The translations under genes were made by a program, and so were the position numbers. A stretch of 62,591 nt of DNA, the filler included, from Malassezia furfur (Eukaryota): the NCBI GenBank assembly GCA_052055015.1. It is 15 parts of 15 records of this genome, joined end to end, with 100 filler letters (N's around TTAATTAATTAA, not from the genome) between each part and the next. Parts side by side here need not be neighbours in the genome. Positions count along the whole stretch, not along the records: positions 8,519 to 12,670 come from JBQJIT010000700.1; positions 12,771 to 16,899 come from JBQJIT010000701.1; positions 17,000 to 21,113 come from JBQJIT010000702.1; positions 21,214 to 25,325 come from JBQJIT010000703.1; 11 more parts are not named here. One strand, given 5' to 3'. How positions within the stretch are numbered: position 1 is the stretch's first letter; every line of letters starts with the position of its first letter. Shown piece after piece: positions 11,047-23,025 of the stretch. The notes under the pieces are model-generated. The model made no database searches. It was not told the origin of the DNA and was given only the letters and a program-made list of their open reading frames with translations.

Positions 11047-12670
11047 ATGCGCGGAACTCCGCTATTTTCACGTCCGCCGTGGTCCTATGCGTCTAGCAAA
11101 CACGCCTACCCAGCCGCGCTGCGCGTCGCCGCGCAGCGTGCGCAGGCGCGCGCCCCTGCGCGCCCCCATACCACCGCGACCGCACCCACGCCTGCGCGGC
11201 TCGACGCCGTGCACGCGGCGCGCAACCACACCGACCCCCACCCGGAAAGCTCGCGTGCGCCTGCCCGGCTTGGCGCGGTGCGCGCAGCCCTTCACCACCC
11301 TTCCTTGGAACATGCGGCGTCGCTGGACGCCGCCGTCGATGCGCTTGCGCACGAGCTCGTGCGCAGCCGTCCGGCGCCTGACGCGCCCGTGTACCGCGAG
11401 CTGCACGCCATGTTCTTTGCGTGCATTCGGCGCCTGGTGCGCGCCGGCGACGCCCAGCGCGCTGGCGACCTTGTCGACCAGCTCGTGCGCCTCGCGCCAC
11501 ACGCATCCCTCTGTGCGCGGCACCGCGCTCTGCTACTGCGCGTGCTCGGCGAGGCGCGCGCGTTTGCGCCCGCCTGGCGCGCGGTGCGCCGGTGGATGCC
11601 CGACGTTGCACCGCACGAGACGACGCAGGCGGTGCGTGCGCTGCTGCGCGTGAATGCGGTCGGCGAGGCAAGCCGCGTGGTGCAGTGGCACGTCCGCCGC
11701 TTCCGCCGGCTCGGCACGCCGCCGCCGTCGTTTGCGCTGCTGCACAACGTCATGGTGCAGATGCGCTTTGTCGGCGCACACCTCGATGCGGCGCCCGCCG
11801 AGGTGCAGGCCTCCTACACCGACGCGCTCGTGCGCCTCGGCACGCTGCTCCGCGAGCACCAGCTGCCGCTGCCCGGCGCGCGCGAGGACATGGCGTGGCT
11901 GATCAAGCTGCTCTACACCTACGACCCCGCGCCGCTTGTGCACCGTCCGCACCCCCGCACACTGCAGGTGCTGCGCGCGTCGCTGCCGATGTACGTGCAC
12001 CGTTTGTCTGCCGCCGACGACACGCGCACGCCGCCGCTGTCCTCGGCGACGTACAATGCCCTCGTGCAGTACACACTGCACCACGCGCACAACCCGCGGT
12101 GGTGCCGCCGCGTGCTGGAGCACATGACGCACATCCGCACGCCGCCGCTGCCCCCGAGCCCCGCGCTCGTGACGATCCTTTTGCGGCAGGCGACGCGGCG
12201 GCGGCTCGCGGCGCTCGGCCTGTACGCGCTCGAGCTCGACGCGCCGCCCGCCACGCCGCCGCACATGCCGCGGCTGCTCGCGCACGTCGAGCGCGCCGTG
12301 GCGCTGGGCGACTCGCACCGCTTGATTGCGCTGCTGCAATTCATCACCGCGCTGCACCTCCGTAGTGCGCGGCATACGCACGGCGTGCGCGCCGCGAGTG
12401 TCGCGCAGCGCGTCCTGCCCGTGCTGCACCGCCGGCGCGCCGGGCGTGCGCCCTGCAGCGCCGACGTGAGCGCGGCCGTGTTTACGCTCGCGGCGCGCGC
12501 GGGCAAGCTCGGGCTGGCGCTGCGCATCTGGCGCTGGATGAAGCAGCAGAGCGTGCACGCGCCCATCTCGGTGCACACGGGCACCGTGCTGATGCAGCTG
12601 CTCGCCGACGCGGTGCGCAAGCCGCACGCGCGCCTCCCGCGGTGGGCGACGCGCCGTGGCGCACGGCGCC
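11047..12670 (+). CDS. Putative mitochondrial PPR-like helical-repeat protein (3' truncated)
   Basis: Long open frame; presequence-like N-terminus; PPR-like segments ATYNALVQYTLH and AARAGKLGLALRIWRWMKQ. Confidence 0.55.
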
Positions 12671-12985
12671 NNNNNNNNNNNNNNNNNNNNNNNNNNNNNN
12701 NNNNNNNNNNNNNNTTAATTAATTAANNNNNNNNNNNNNNNNNNNNNNNNNNNNNNNNNNNNNNNNNNNNGTGCGCGCGCACGCGGCTCCGTCCGGTCTT
12801 CATCCGTTCGCGCCTGCCTGACCTTGCTTCGTCGCCTGCCTTGGCTCCCCCTCCGAGTCCAGCGACACGCAGCGCCATCCGCCTTCTTTCCTGGCCGTGG
12901 GAAAGAAATATGCGATCTTTGCTGACGAGACAAAGCTGGCCACCCCCGCGATCTCGCTCAGCGACCAAGCACCTGTAACCCTTTC

Positions 12986-15371
12986 ATGTACTCACCTTCT
13001 CCCCCGCCCGGCGCGGCGTCGAATGCGTATGTGTACCTCAACCACCCGCAACAGCTCGCGTCCAATACGTTCACCCCGCGCTCCCAGTCGCACCACCTCG
13101 GCTCGCTCGGGAACGCCGTGTCGCTCAACGACCTCGGCGTCCTGAGCGGCGCCGGCGCCGTGCCGGCCTCCACCGGGGCAGGCGCCGCCGGCGCGTCGTC
13201 CGGGGTGATGGGCGCGAACGCGGGTGCATATGGGCACGCGTCGCAGTTTGGCGGCGCGCGTTACGACAACGCCAGCATGAACTGGATGTCGCGCTACCCG
13301 TCGCGCCAGACCCACCTGGCGCAGAACACCAGCACCCCGCCGCTCTCGTCGCTGCCCCCGTCGTTGGGACACGCCGTGGGCGCCGGCGGTGTGCCCTCCT
13401 CACCGGGGTACTCGTCCGCCATGGCGTCGTCGCCGCACATGGCGGCCATGATGTCCGCAGGCATGTCGCCTGCCGCCACGCCGCGCTCGCAGCCACGCGC
13501 GACCAGCACGTCAAGTGCAGCGGTCGGCACATCTCCCGAGTGGCAGCAGCAGCTGTACTGTGCCGAGATCTCGCGGCAGTCATTTGCACCGCACCACCAC
13601 GCGCGCGCCGCGGCGCTTGCCGCGCGGAGCTCGGCGAGTGCGGGGCAGGACCCCAAAAAGGCGATTCAGCTCCCCGCCGGCGCTGCGGCAAACGGCCTGT
13701 CGTTCCCGCTACAGCCGGACGCGAGCAAGGCGGGCGACGACTCGAGCATCATGGCGAGCCCGTCCAAGCCGCCGGGGCAGCGCACTGCGCCGAGCAAGCC
13801 CGACGAGGAGGACTTGGAGCAGTCCTGGTCGATCATCGACATGGGCGGCCTCAACCTCAAGAACTTGAGCGTCGAGGTGTTCCGCTACACCTTCCTCACT
13901 TCGCTCTTTATTAACCACAACAACCTCACGACGCTCTCGCCGGCGATCGTGCATCTGCGCAACCTGACCATTCTGGATGCGAGCAGCAACAAGCTGGTGA
14001 TGCTCCCGCCCGAGCTCGGCATGCTGATCGAGCTCAAGGCGCTGTTCTTGTTCGACAACTGCCTCACCGTACTCCCGCCGGAGCTCGGCACGCTGTACCA
14101 GCTCGAGATGCTGGGCATCGAGGGCAACCCATTGCAGGAGAACCTGATGAGCCTTGTGCAGCACGAGGGGACCCCGGCGCTGATCGCGTTCCTGCGCGAC
14201 TCGTGCCCCGTGTCGGTGCCGCCGCCGGAGCGCGAGTGGGTCGCGATCGACACCGACGTGCCGCCCGCGGGCGAGGACGAGCCGGACACGACGTTTGCCG
14301 TGCTGTCGTACAATGTGCTGTGCGAAAAGTATGCCACCCGGCAGATGTACGGCTACACGCCGAGCTGGGCACTCGTGTGGGACTACCGCAAGGAGTTTAT
14401 CCTGCAAGAGATCATGAGCTACAATGCCGACATCTGCTGCCTGCAAGAGGTGGAGATGGGCCAGTACGAAGACTACTTTGCGCCCAAGCTGCAGCAGAAC
14501 GACTACGAGGGCCTCTTCTGGCCCAAGTCACGTGCGCGGACCATGCGCGAGGACGAGCGCAAGCACGTCGACGGGTGTGCGACCTTCTTCAACACGCGCC
14601 AGTACCGCCTTGTCGACAAGCAGCTGATCGAGTTCAATCAGATCGCGCTGCAGCGTCCCGACTTTAAAAAGACGGAGGACATCTTTAATCGCGTCATGAC
14701 CAAGGACAACGTCGCGGCGATCGCCCTGCTCGAGCACCGCGCGACCGGCGCCAAGCTGCTGCTTGCCAACGCCCACGTCCACTGGGACCCCGAGTTCCGC
14801 GACGTGAAGCTGGTTCAGGCCGCGATGCTCATGGAGCAGCTCGAGACGATCGGCAACCGCTTCGCGCGCATGCCGACGCAGACGCAGCCCGAGTCCGGCG
14901 TGACGCCGCCCAAGTACGCCAACGGCAAGCAGATCCCCATGATCATCTGCGGCGACTTCAACTCAACGCCGGACAGCGGCGTGTACGAGTTCCTGAGCCG
15001 CGGCGACACGGCGCCGGACCACCCCGACTTTATGGACCACACGTACGGCACCTATACCTCCGAGGGCCTGCACCACAACTATGCGCTGCGCAGCGCATAC
15101 GGCAACATTGGCGAGCTGCCCGTCACCAACTACACCCCGGGCTTCCGGGGGGTGATCGACTATATCTGGTACTCGTCCAACACCCTCGCCAACACGGGGG
15201 TGCTGGGCGAAGTCGACCCCGCGTATCTCTCGCGCGTCGTGGGGTTCCCCAACGCCCACTTCCCGTCCGAGTACGTATGCGCAGCGCACGCACGACTAAC
15301 CCTGCAGCCATATCTGCATGCTGGCAGAGTTCAAGGTCAAGCCGCTCAAACCAGAGTCGAGTCGCGCGTGA
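12986..15371 (+). CDS. CCR4: CCR4 deadenylase (LRR + EEP nuclease) of the CCR4-NOT complex; 37-nt intron 15271-15307
   Basis: LRRs, SYNVLC, CLQEVE, ICGDFNS, IDYIWY; splicing restores the catalytic FPSDH and gives a TGA at 15369-15371. Confidence 0.95.
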
Positions 15372-15453
15372 CGCGGTCTCGCTCGGTCGTAGCTCATACC
15401 CAGGTAGCCTCTACGCACCGCCCTGCCTTTCCACATGTGTGGTGTGCTGCCGC

Positions 15454-16386
15454 CTATATGTACATCCCACCATCGCCGACGTGCCCAGCGTGGGCGTGCG
15501 ACTGCGCGGCATACAGGTACTGCGTCGCGACGCGGTGCAGTGTGTCTTGCGCAGACGGCGCTGCGCCGTGCGCCGGCGGCGGCAGCAGCGCACACACATC
15601 GCGCGCCCACCGGGGGGACAGCGCGGGGGCGAGGTGCGCGAGCCGCGCGTGTGCCTCGCTCTCGTCCATGTGCCGCACCTCGTACGGCACCACGAGCCGC
15701 TGCGGTGTCCACCCTGCGGGCGGAGGCACATGCCGCGCGTCGGGCGCCTGCAGCAGGAGCGCCGGCACACGGCGGCACACGGCCTCGGCGAACAGCGCCG
15801 CAGGCACGCCTGTCACCGTATTCGGTACGCCCCACGGCACGTACGCCTCGTGCCGTGTGACGGACCACGACTCCGGCGCACGCTCACCTGCGGGCACCTG
15901 CGCCAGGAACCGCAGCGGCGCGTCGGCCGCCGGCGCGGGCGCTTCGTCTATGTACGTGCTCGGCACGTAGCTGTGCACCACGGCGACACTCGAAGGCGCC
16001 AGCGCGCCCAGGAGCGCCTCGGCGAGCGGCGCACACGCGTCCATCGGTAGCCACTCGGGGCGCGGCACCAACACCACGGCCGCGTCGCCGGCGTTCGTGG
16101 GCGCCGCCACGTATGCGGCCGCATGGGCATCGACCTCCACGGTGCTGGCGACTGCATAGAATTGTTCGGCGTCTGGCGCGTGCGTCGCGAGGGCCGCGGC
16201 GCCGACGTCGCCCAGCAGCACCACGAGCGGCGGCGCAGCGCCGGTGTCGAGTGCCCAGGCAGGGTGCAGCGTCACGCTGACGTTGCGTGGCGTCACGTTG
16301 GCGCCGATGCCTTCGTCGTCCTCGTCATCCGATTCGAGCGCGTGCCGCGGCGCACGCGCTTGCGCCCACGTCCACGCCTCGTCCAT
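15454..16386 (-). CDS. Uncharacterised protein ending in an HbYX motif (GDGGMYI*); putative proteasome assembly chaperone PAC1/Pba1-like
   Basis: 310-aa ORF from ATG 16386; acidic N-terminal patch; PNTVTGVPAALFAEA segment; C-terminal M-Y-I. Confidence 0.55.
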   Translation of the reverse strand: MDEAWTWAQARAPRHALESDDEDDEGIGANVTPRNVSVTLHPAWALDTGAAPPLVVLLGDVGAAALATHAPDAEQFYAVASTVEVDAHAAAYVAAPTNAGDAAVVLVPRPEWLPMDACAPLAEALLGALAPSSVAVVHSYVPSTYIDEAPAPAADAPLRFLAQVPAGERAPESWSVTRHEAYVPWGVPNTVTGVPAALFAEAVCRRVPALLLQAPDARHVPPPAGWTPQRLVVPYEVRHMDESEAHARLAHLAPALSPRWARDVCALLPPPAHGAAPSAQDTLHRVATQYLYAAQSHAHAGHVGDGGMYI

Positions 16387-16608
16387 GACCGGTGCAGGGG
16401 CCGCACGCACGAACCTCGCGTGCGTGCGTGCCACGCGTCGCGCGCGCCACGTAAGCGCCCCAGACATATCACGTGCCCGCATATGCAGGGCGGGGCTAGT
16501 GCGGCGACCCCTGGGTTGGGCTTCTCCGCGGCAGCGCGCGCGGGTTTGTTCGCTCTTGCGCTCCACCGCGTTACTGGCACGTAGGACCGCACGCACCGCT
16601 TGCGTCGT

Positions 16609-16899
16609 ATGAGTCAATCCAACGCGCCGGGAAAGGCCGCGCCTCCCCTCGGGGTGGAAACGAAGCCTGCGGGCTCGAGCCGTGTGGGCGCCACGCCCGC
16701 GATGGTGCCGGGCGCCGCAGGCACCGGCCCTGTCATCGTGCCGGCGGGCGGCGAACGCCGCACGGCGCCCTCGTCGGGCGCGCCATCCACGCACACTAAT
16801 CTCCCGCCGTACATGCAAGCTAGGCCGGGCGCTGCACCCGGCGTCCCGCCGTCGGCTGCGCCGGCCTCGGCGTCGTCTGCCTCGGCGCCTCGGCCTTCC
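16609..16899 (+). CDS. Pro/Ala-rich N-terminus of an unknown protein (3' truncated)
   Basis: ATG 16609, open to the gap; divergent from the previous gene. Confidence 0.45.
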
Positions 16900-16999
16900 N
16901 NNNNNNNNNNNNNNNNNNNNNNNNNNNNNNNNNNNNNNNNNNNTTAATTAATTAANNNNNNNNNNNNNNNNNNNNNNNNNNNNNNNNNNNNNNNNNNNN

Positions 17000-17954
17000 G
17001 CAGGTCGAACACGTTGGCGGAGCGCTCCATCTCGGTGCCGTCGATCTCGTTGTAGACGAAGCGCGCGCTCTCCTTGGAGTCGAACGTGGCGATCGCATAG
17101 TAGTAGCGCAGGCGCTCGAGTTGGTACGCGCGGAGCGCATCCTCGTCGAACTCTGCGCCCTCGTCTGCGCCATACACCGCGTCCTTGGCCTCGGCGGACT
17201 TGAAGATGGCGCGCGGGGGGCCCTCGACGTCCTCCTTCGCGAGGCGCTCGCGCCCAAAGTCGGAGACGTACACGCGCACCGAGCGCACCTGGCCGCGGAC
17301 GGCGGTGAGCGCGTCGTGTGTGCCAGCGCGGCCCTTGGGCGCGGGCGGCGCCTCGCCGGCGGTGCGCGTCGCGTGGGGGTGCACGAGCGAGGCAAACACC
17401 TTGTACAGGTCGCGCGCATGCACGTGGTCCCAGTCCATGTTGACGACCGCGAGGCGGCACGTATCGTCGCCGCGCGCGACGGCGTCGCGCTCGCGCGCCG
17501 GCTCGGCGGCCTCGCGGTCGAGCGCGGCAACGACCTCGGGGTCGAACTCGTCCTCCTCGTTGAGGTCGATCGAGTCGTCCGAGTCGTACGCCTCGGCGCG
17601 GCGCACGGCGTCCCGGCGGCCGATGACGACGGGCCCCGCCTCGTCCTCGTCGTCATCCTCGTCCTCGTCCTGCGCCTCGTCCTCCTCGTCGCTGCTGCTC
17701 TCGAGCTCGACCTCGCCACGCGCCGCGTCGCCCGGCGCGGCCTCGAGGCGGTACATCCTGCGCAGCTCCTCGTTCTCGTTCCGGGTATGCCGCCCGAACC
17801 GATCGAGCGCGCGCCCCTTCTTCTTCTGGAGCACATCCTTGAACCGGTCGTCCAACACGACCTTGGTATCGTCGCGGCGTGCGCGGCGGAAGCGCGGGTC
17901 GGTGCGCGCGCGCGCGAACCGCGCGTCCGAAGCACGGCCGGTGCTGGGCGCCAT
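17000..17954 (-). CDS. ESF1: Pre-rRNA processing protein Esf1 (3' truncated)
   Basis: TDPRF..KVVLDDRF, RLAVVNMDWDHV, LRAYQLERLRYYYAI, YNEIDGTEMERSANVFDL. Confidence 0.93.
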
Positions 17955-17992
17955 ACGGTGGAGGTCGAGAAAAAAAAAGGCTACCTCCACTA

Positions 17993-20900
17993 TTACGCGA
18001 GGGCCAGCAGGCCCAGCGGCACGTCCTGCGCCTGGCCGTCGCCGAGGGTGCAGTGCGCGAGGTCGCCGTCGAGCGACGCAACCGTCACGCGCGAGCCGCG
18101 GTACGTGCCGTCGACGACGATGCACCGCTCGCCTGCGTGCGTCGGGCGCAAGGGCTCGACGCAGCCGAGCGGCACATCCGCCAGCTGCGTGCCGGCCTCG
18201 AGCACGACCTGGCACGCGACGGGCGTGCGCGCGGCGAGGTGCCCCGTGGCGCCGTCGTAGGCGCCGCGCTGGTACGCGTGCCCGCTGGCGTCGTGCACGA
18301 TGCGCACGCGGATGCCCTCGAGGAGCGCGGGCGACGCGGCGGGCCGCGCGGCGCCCCACGGGTTCGCGGCGGGCGCGTCGTACGGGTTGGGCGTCGGGGC
18401 GTACGCGGGGGTGCGCCCGCCGCCCGCGTACGGGTTGGGTGTGGCGCCGTACGGGTTGGGCGTTTGGCCCATGCCGGCGTACGCTGGTGTGCGGCCGCCG
18501 GCGGCGTAGGGGTTGGGTGTGGCGCCGTACGGGTTGGGCGTCTGGCCCATGCCGTAGGCGGGCGTGCGGCCGCCGGCGTACGGGTTGGGTGTGGCGCCGT
18601 ACGGGTTGGGTGTGGCGCCGTACGGGTTGGATGTCTGGCCCATGCCGTAGGCCGGGGTGCGGCCGCCGGCGTATGGGTTGGGCGTTTGGCCCATGCCGCC
18701 GTAGGCGGGGGTGCGGCCGCCGGCGGCGTACGCGGGGGTCTGTGCGCCGGCGTACGGGTTGTACGCGGGGGTCTGGGCGCCCAGGGGCATCGGCGCGCCC
18801 GCGTACGGGTTGGCGCCCGGGGGCGGCATGGCGCCCGGCCCGGGCGGCCCGACGAGGCGGCGGCTCTCGCCGGTGACGGGGTTCTTTTCGACCATGTAGT
18901 CGAGGGGCACGGTGAGGATCTTGCTCATGGTGTGGAGCTCGACGCGGGCCATGCTGCCGGTGGTCTCCTTGATGATCCCGCGGTAGGTCTTGTACGGCCC
19001 CCGCACGATGGCCACGTGGCGGCCGGCGTAGCGGTCGGGGCCGCCGCGGCGGGGCGCGACGGCGTTGGCGCCGGCGTCGGCGGAGGGCTCGGCGAGCGCG
19101 GGGTTGAGCTTGGTGGGGTCGTGCGTGGAGCTCTTGACGCTGGTCGGCGCGAGCGGCTCGACCTGGCGTGCGCGGGCGAGGAACACCCCGCCGTTTTCCG
19201 TGTAGGCGCGGTTGTGGAGGAAGAGCAGCGTGGACTGGTAGATGTGGAGGACCTGGCCCTGGCGGAACTGCGAGAGGGGCCACTCGATTTCCTTGACCAT
19301 GTCGCCGACGTGCACCTCGTGACCGTTGTGGTCGAGCGCGACGGCGCGGGCGGTGTCGCGGCGCATGCTGATCTGGTGCGGGCGCACCGAGACCACCTGG
19401 TTGTTCTGGTCGAGCACGCGGAACGACTCGCGCTCGATCTTGAAGATGACGCCGGCGGTCTGTGCGTCGAGCTGGACGAGGTCGTGCAGCTCGTAGCCGC
19501 CGATCACGTTGACGCCCGAGCCGACCTCGGCGGCCTCGCGGATGTCCTTGGAGAAGACGGCGACCTCCTTGAGCGACAGGTCGGACAGGAACGTCGTGAC
19601 GCCGTCCTCGACCTTGACGACGAGACCCGTCTCGTCCGCGTGCTTGCCCGCGAGCACCTTGATGTGGTCGCCCGCGCGGAACGCCTTGCGCACGCTCTTC
19701 GCGGGCACCTCGATCGGCTGCCCGCCGAGCGCGCCGCCGCCGACGTCGATCACGACGACCTCGCCGTCGAGCGCCGCAATGACGCCCGCAATGCCCGCCT
19801 GCTCGCCCTCAAACACCTCGACGTGGTCGCCCGGCTGCAGCGTCGCCTCGAGCCCGCGCTTCGACGCGTCCGCGAGCAGGCCGAGGTCGACGTTCGGCGC
19901 CGCGCCGTCCTCGGTGTGCGGCTCGCCGGTGAAGCGCAGCACCTCGTCGAGCGACGGATTGACGTCGTCCATCGCGAGCGCCGTCACCTTGAAGTCCTTC
20001 TCGAGGTAGCCGTCGCGGTACGTCTCGCCGCCAAACACCCACGCGCCGCCGCGCTTCGTCGGCAGGTCGTGCGGGTACGCGCGCTGCACCTCCTCCGCGC
20101 TGAACAGGCGCTGCGGCGGGCGGAAGCCGAGCGCGGTCAGCGCCGCATTCACGGGCTTCTTGCGCTTGCGCCCCGCGCGGTCCGTGTACGTCTCGTGCTC
20201 GCTCGGGTTCAGGTCGATGCGCGGCACAAGCTTCACGCCGACCTCCTCGCCGTTCTCCGCGACGTCGAGCACCTGCGCGAGGTCCCCGGCGTACTTGCCG
20301 CGCTTGATCCGCACCCAGCCGCCGACGGGCACCTCGGTGTGCTTCTTCTGCAGCTTGAGCAGGTCGGGCATCTCGAGGATCGGCACGAGGAACGGCTTCG
20401 TGTTCGTCACGTACGCGCCCGCGAGGCCCTCGAACGCGTGCGTCACGTCGTCCGCGCGGCGCGCCTCGACAAACAGCTGCCCCTCGAGCGAGTCGCGGCA
20501 GAACGCCGAGTAGATGCGCAGCGGGCGCCCCTCGGCCTCGTGCGTGAGCGCGCGGCGCATGACCGTCGCGACGAGCTGCCGCTCGCGCCCGCGCTTGCAC
20601 CGGATGCGCCACAGGCCGGGGTCGTCGACGCTCGGCATCAGCAGGCGCTGCGGCACCTCGGCGTAGTCCGACTGCGACGCATACCGCGAGTTGCGTGCGT
20701 GGCGCTGGCGCAGCTCCTCGGCGAGCGCCTCGGCGCTCATCTCCTCCTCCTGCCGGCGGAAGCGGTCGAGGCGCTGATTGTCTGCAGCGGTCTGCATCTG
20801 CGCCTCGCGCGACTCGTCGAGGAGGTCGTCGGCGATGAAGCCGTCTTCGCGCAGGAGCTCCTCGGCCTCTTCGTCGTCGACGTCCTCGTCGTCGTTGTCG

Positions 20901-21113
20901 ACCTCGGCCTCGACGTCGAGGAAGCGGTTGCGGCGCTGGCGCTTGGCACGGCGGTCGTCGTCGTCGTCGTCGTCTTCCTCGTCTTCGTCTTCGTCGTCCT
21001 CGTCGTCGTCCTCGTCTTCGGCCTCCTCGTCATCTTCGGCATCTTCGCCCTCCTCGTCGGCGCCCGCATCCCCCTCGTCACCGGCGTCCTCGCCGCCGGC
21101 CGCGCCGCCGTCG
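17993..21113 (-). CDS. SPT5: Transcription elongation factor Spt5 (5' truncated)
   Basis: Acidic N-terminus, LLMPSVDDPGLWRIRCK (NGN), multiple KOW motifs, C-terminal GGRTPAY/TPNPY repeats. Confidence 0.96.
18350..18820 (-). repeat. Spt5 C-terminal repeat region (GGRTPAY.., G.TPNPY)
   Basis: Tandem 21-30 bp coding repeats. Confidence 0.85.
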
Positions 21114-21228
21114 NNNNNNNNNNNNNNNNNNNNNNNNNNNNNNNNNNNNNNNNNNNNTTAATTAATTAANNNNNNNNNNNNNNNNNNNNNNNNNNNNNNN
21201 NNNNNNNNNNNNNCGACCACGCGGCAGC

Positions 21229-22991
21229 ATGGAGGATCGTGGGGGGCCGCGGCCGGCGCGTGCAGCGCCGGCGCCGGCGGGCGGCACGACGCCTGCGCCC
21301 GTGCTCGAGACGAACCGACTACAGCTGCAGACACATGCGCCGAGTGGGCGCCGTATGGTGAACGAGTACATTATGTAGGTTGCGCGCGACGCACTGACCG
21401 CAGCGAGGACGAAATTGGGCACGGCGTCCATGGCCGTGTGCGCCTCGCGCGACACGCTGAGACGGGCGAGCGCGTCGCCGTGAAGATTGTGCCGCGTGAG
21501 GTGCGGCGTAAGCTCGGCGAGCGCAGCGCTGATCCGCTCGCGCCGCTTGCGCCTGTCACCGACGAGAAAGTGCTGCGTGAAATTGCGATCCTCAAAAAGT
21601 GCCAACACCCCAACGTGGTGCAGCTGAAAGAGGTGATCGACGACCCCCACAGCCGCAAGATCTTCCTTATCCTCGAGTACATGGCGCGTGGCGAGGTACA
21701 CTGGAAGGACGCCGCGGGCCATCCCACGCTCACCGTCGAGGAGACGCGGCGCATCATCCGCGACGTGGTGCTGGGCCTCGAGTTTCTGCACCACCAGGGC
21801 ATCGTGCACCGCGACATCAAGCCTGCAAACCTGCTGTGGGACGAGGACTACAATGTGAAAATCTCCGATTTTGGCGTGTCGCACCTCAGCTCGGTGCCCA
21901 CAGAAAACGACGAGGCGGCGCTCGCAAAGACCGCAGGCAGCCCTGCGTTCTTTGCGCCAGAGCTGTGCCTGTGTGGCCAGGGCAAGAAGGGCTGGCCGAT
22001 CACCAAGGCTATCGACGTGTGGGCGCTCGGCGTGACGCTGTACTGCCTCCTGTTTGGGCAGCCGCCGTTCATGGCCGACACCGAGTATGCGCTCTTCAAC
22101 GTGATCCCTTACGAAGACTATGCGTTGCCCGCCACGATGGGCGCCGATGCAATCCCCGTCGGCCCGCGTGCGCCGCGCTTCGGCCCGCAAGCGGTGCCCG
22201 AGCAAGACGCGCCGCCGCTGCCCATGTCGTGCGAAGCGCGTCTGGTGCGCGACTTGCTCGACCGCCTGCTAGAGAAAAACCCCAACAAGCGCATCACGCT
22301 CGAAGAGGTGCGCCACCACCCGTGGATCGTCGCAAATCTCGCCAATGCCGACCACTGGCTGCAGGAGACGGACCCGGCGCAGATGCCGTCGGTGCACGTC
22401 TCGCACGAAGAGGTGCACGGTGCGCTGACGGGCCTGCCGCGGCTCCGCAAGCAGATGAAGCAGCTACGCCGCCGCCTTACTGAGACGCTCAGCGGCCCGC
22501 GGCGTGTGCCGAGCACGCCGAGCGACGAGAGCGGCGCAACATCGCCGAGCAGCACGTCGTCGAAGCAGTCGCTGGTTCGCCTCCTGCGCGGCAGCGGCGC
22601 CCTTGGCCGCACCACGACGCTCCCGTCGCGGCCCAAGATGCCTACGCGCTCGCAGAGCGAGAGGCAGCCGGTGTCGCGGGCAACGTCCGCTGGGTCGCTC
22701 TGGCTTGCGCCTGGGATGGGCGACGCCCTGGAGGGGACGGCGGCGCATGGCGCCGGGGCAGCGGCACCCGACGTGCTGGCATCCGCGTCGCTCCCACCGA
22801 CGCCCGGCGCGCTGCCGTCGGCGGTGATGTTTGCGCCGCGACTCGAGCGACTACGCCTGGACGCGGGCGACGGCGCGCAGGACTGGTCGGATGACGACGA
22901 CTTGGACGAGGACCTCGAGTCGCATTCTTCCGGATCACGGCGCTCCGACGCTGGTGGGGCCCGGGCGTGCGCCACGAACGATACCCCGTAG
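21229..22991 (+). CDS. CaMKK-family Ser/Thr kinase (Sak1/Ssp1-like Snf1-activating kinase); 29-nt intron 21375-21403
   Basis: Spliced NEYIIEDEIGHGVHGRV, VAVK, HRDIKPANLL, DFG, LAKTAGSPAFFAPE. Confidence 0.88.
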
Positions 22992-23025
22992 AACGGTGCT
23001 ACATCGGACCTACTTATTGTACACG

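Noticed and set aside
12986..15970. 994-aa CCR4 ORF overlapping the opposite-strand gene
   Set aside because: Artefact of an unspliced 37-nt intron; the spliced CDS ends at 15371.
16944..19283. 779-aa ORF suggesting an SPT5-ESF1 fusion
   Set aside because: The upstream part is an alternative-frame shadow of SPT5; ESF1 homology starts at ATG 17954.
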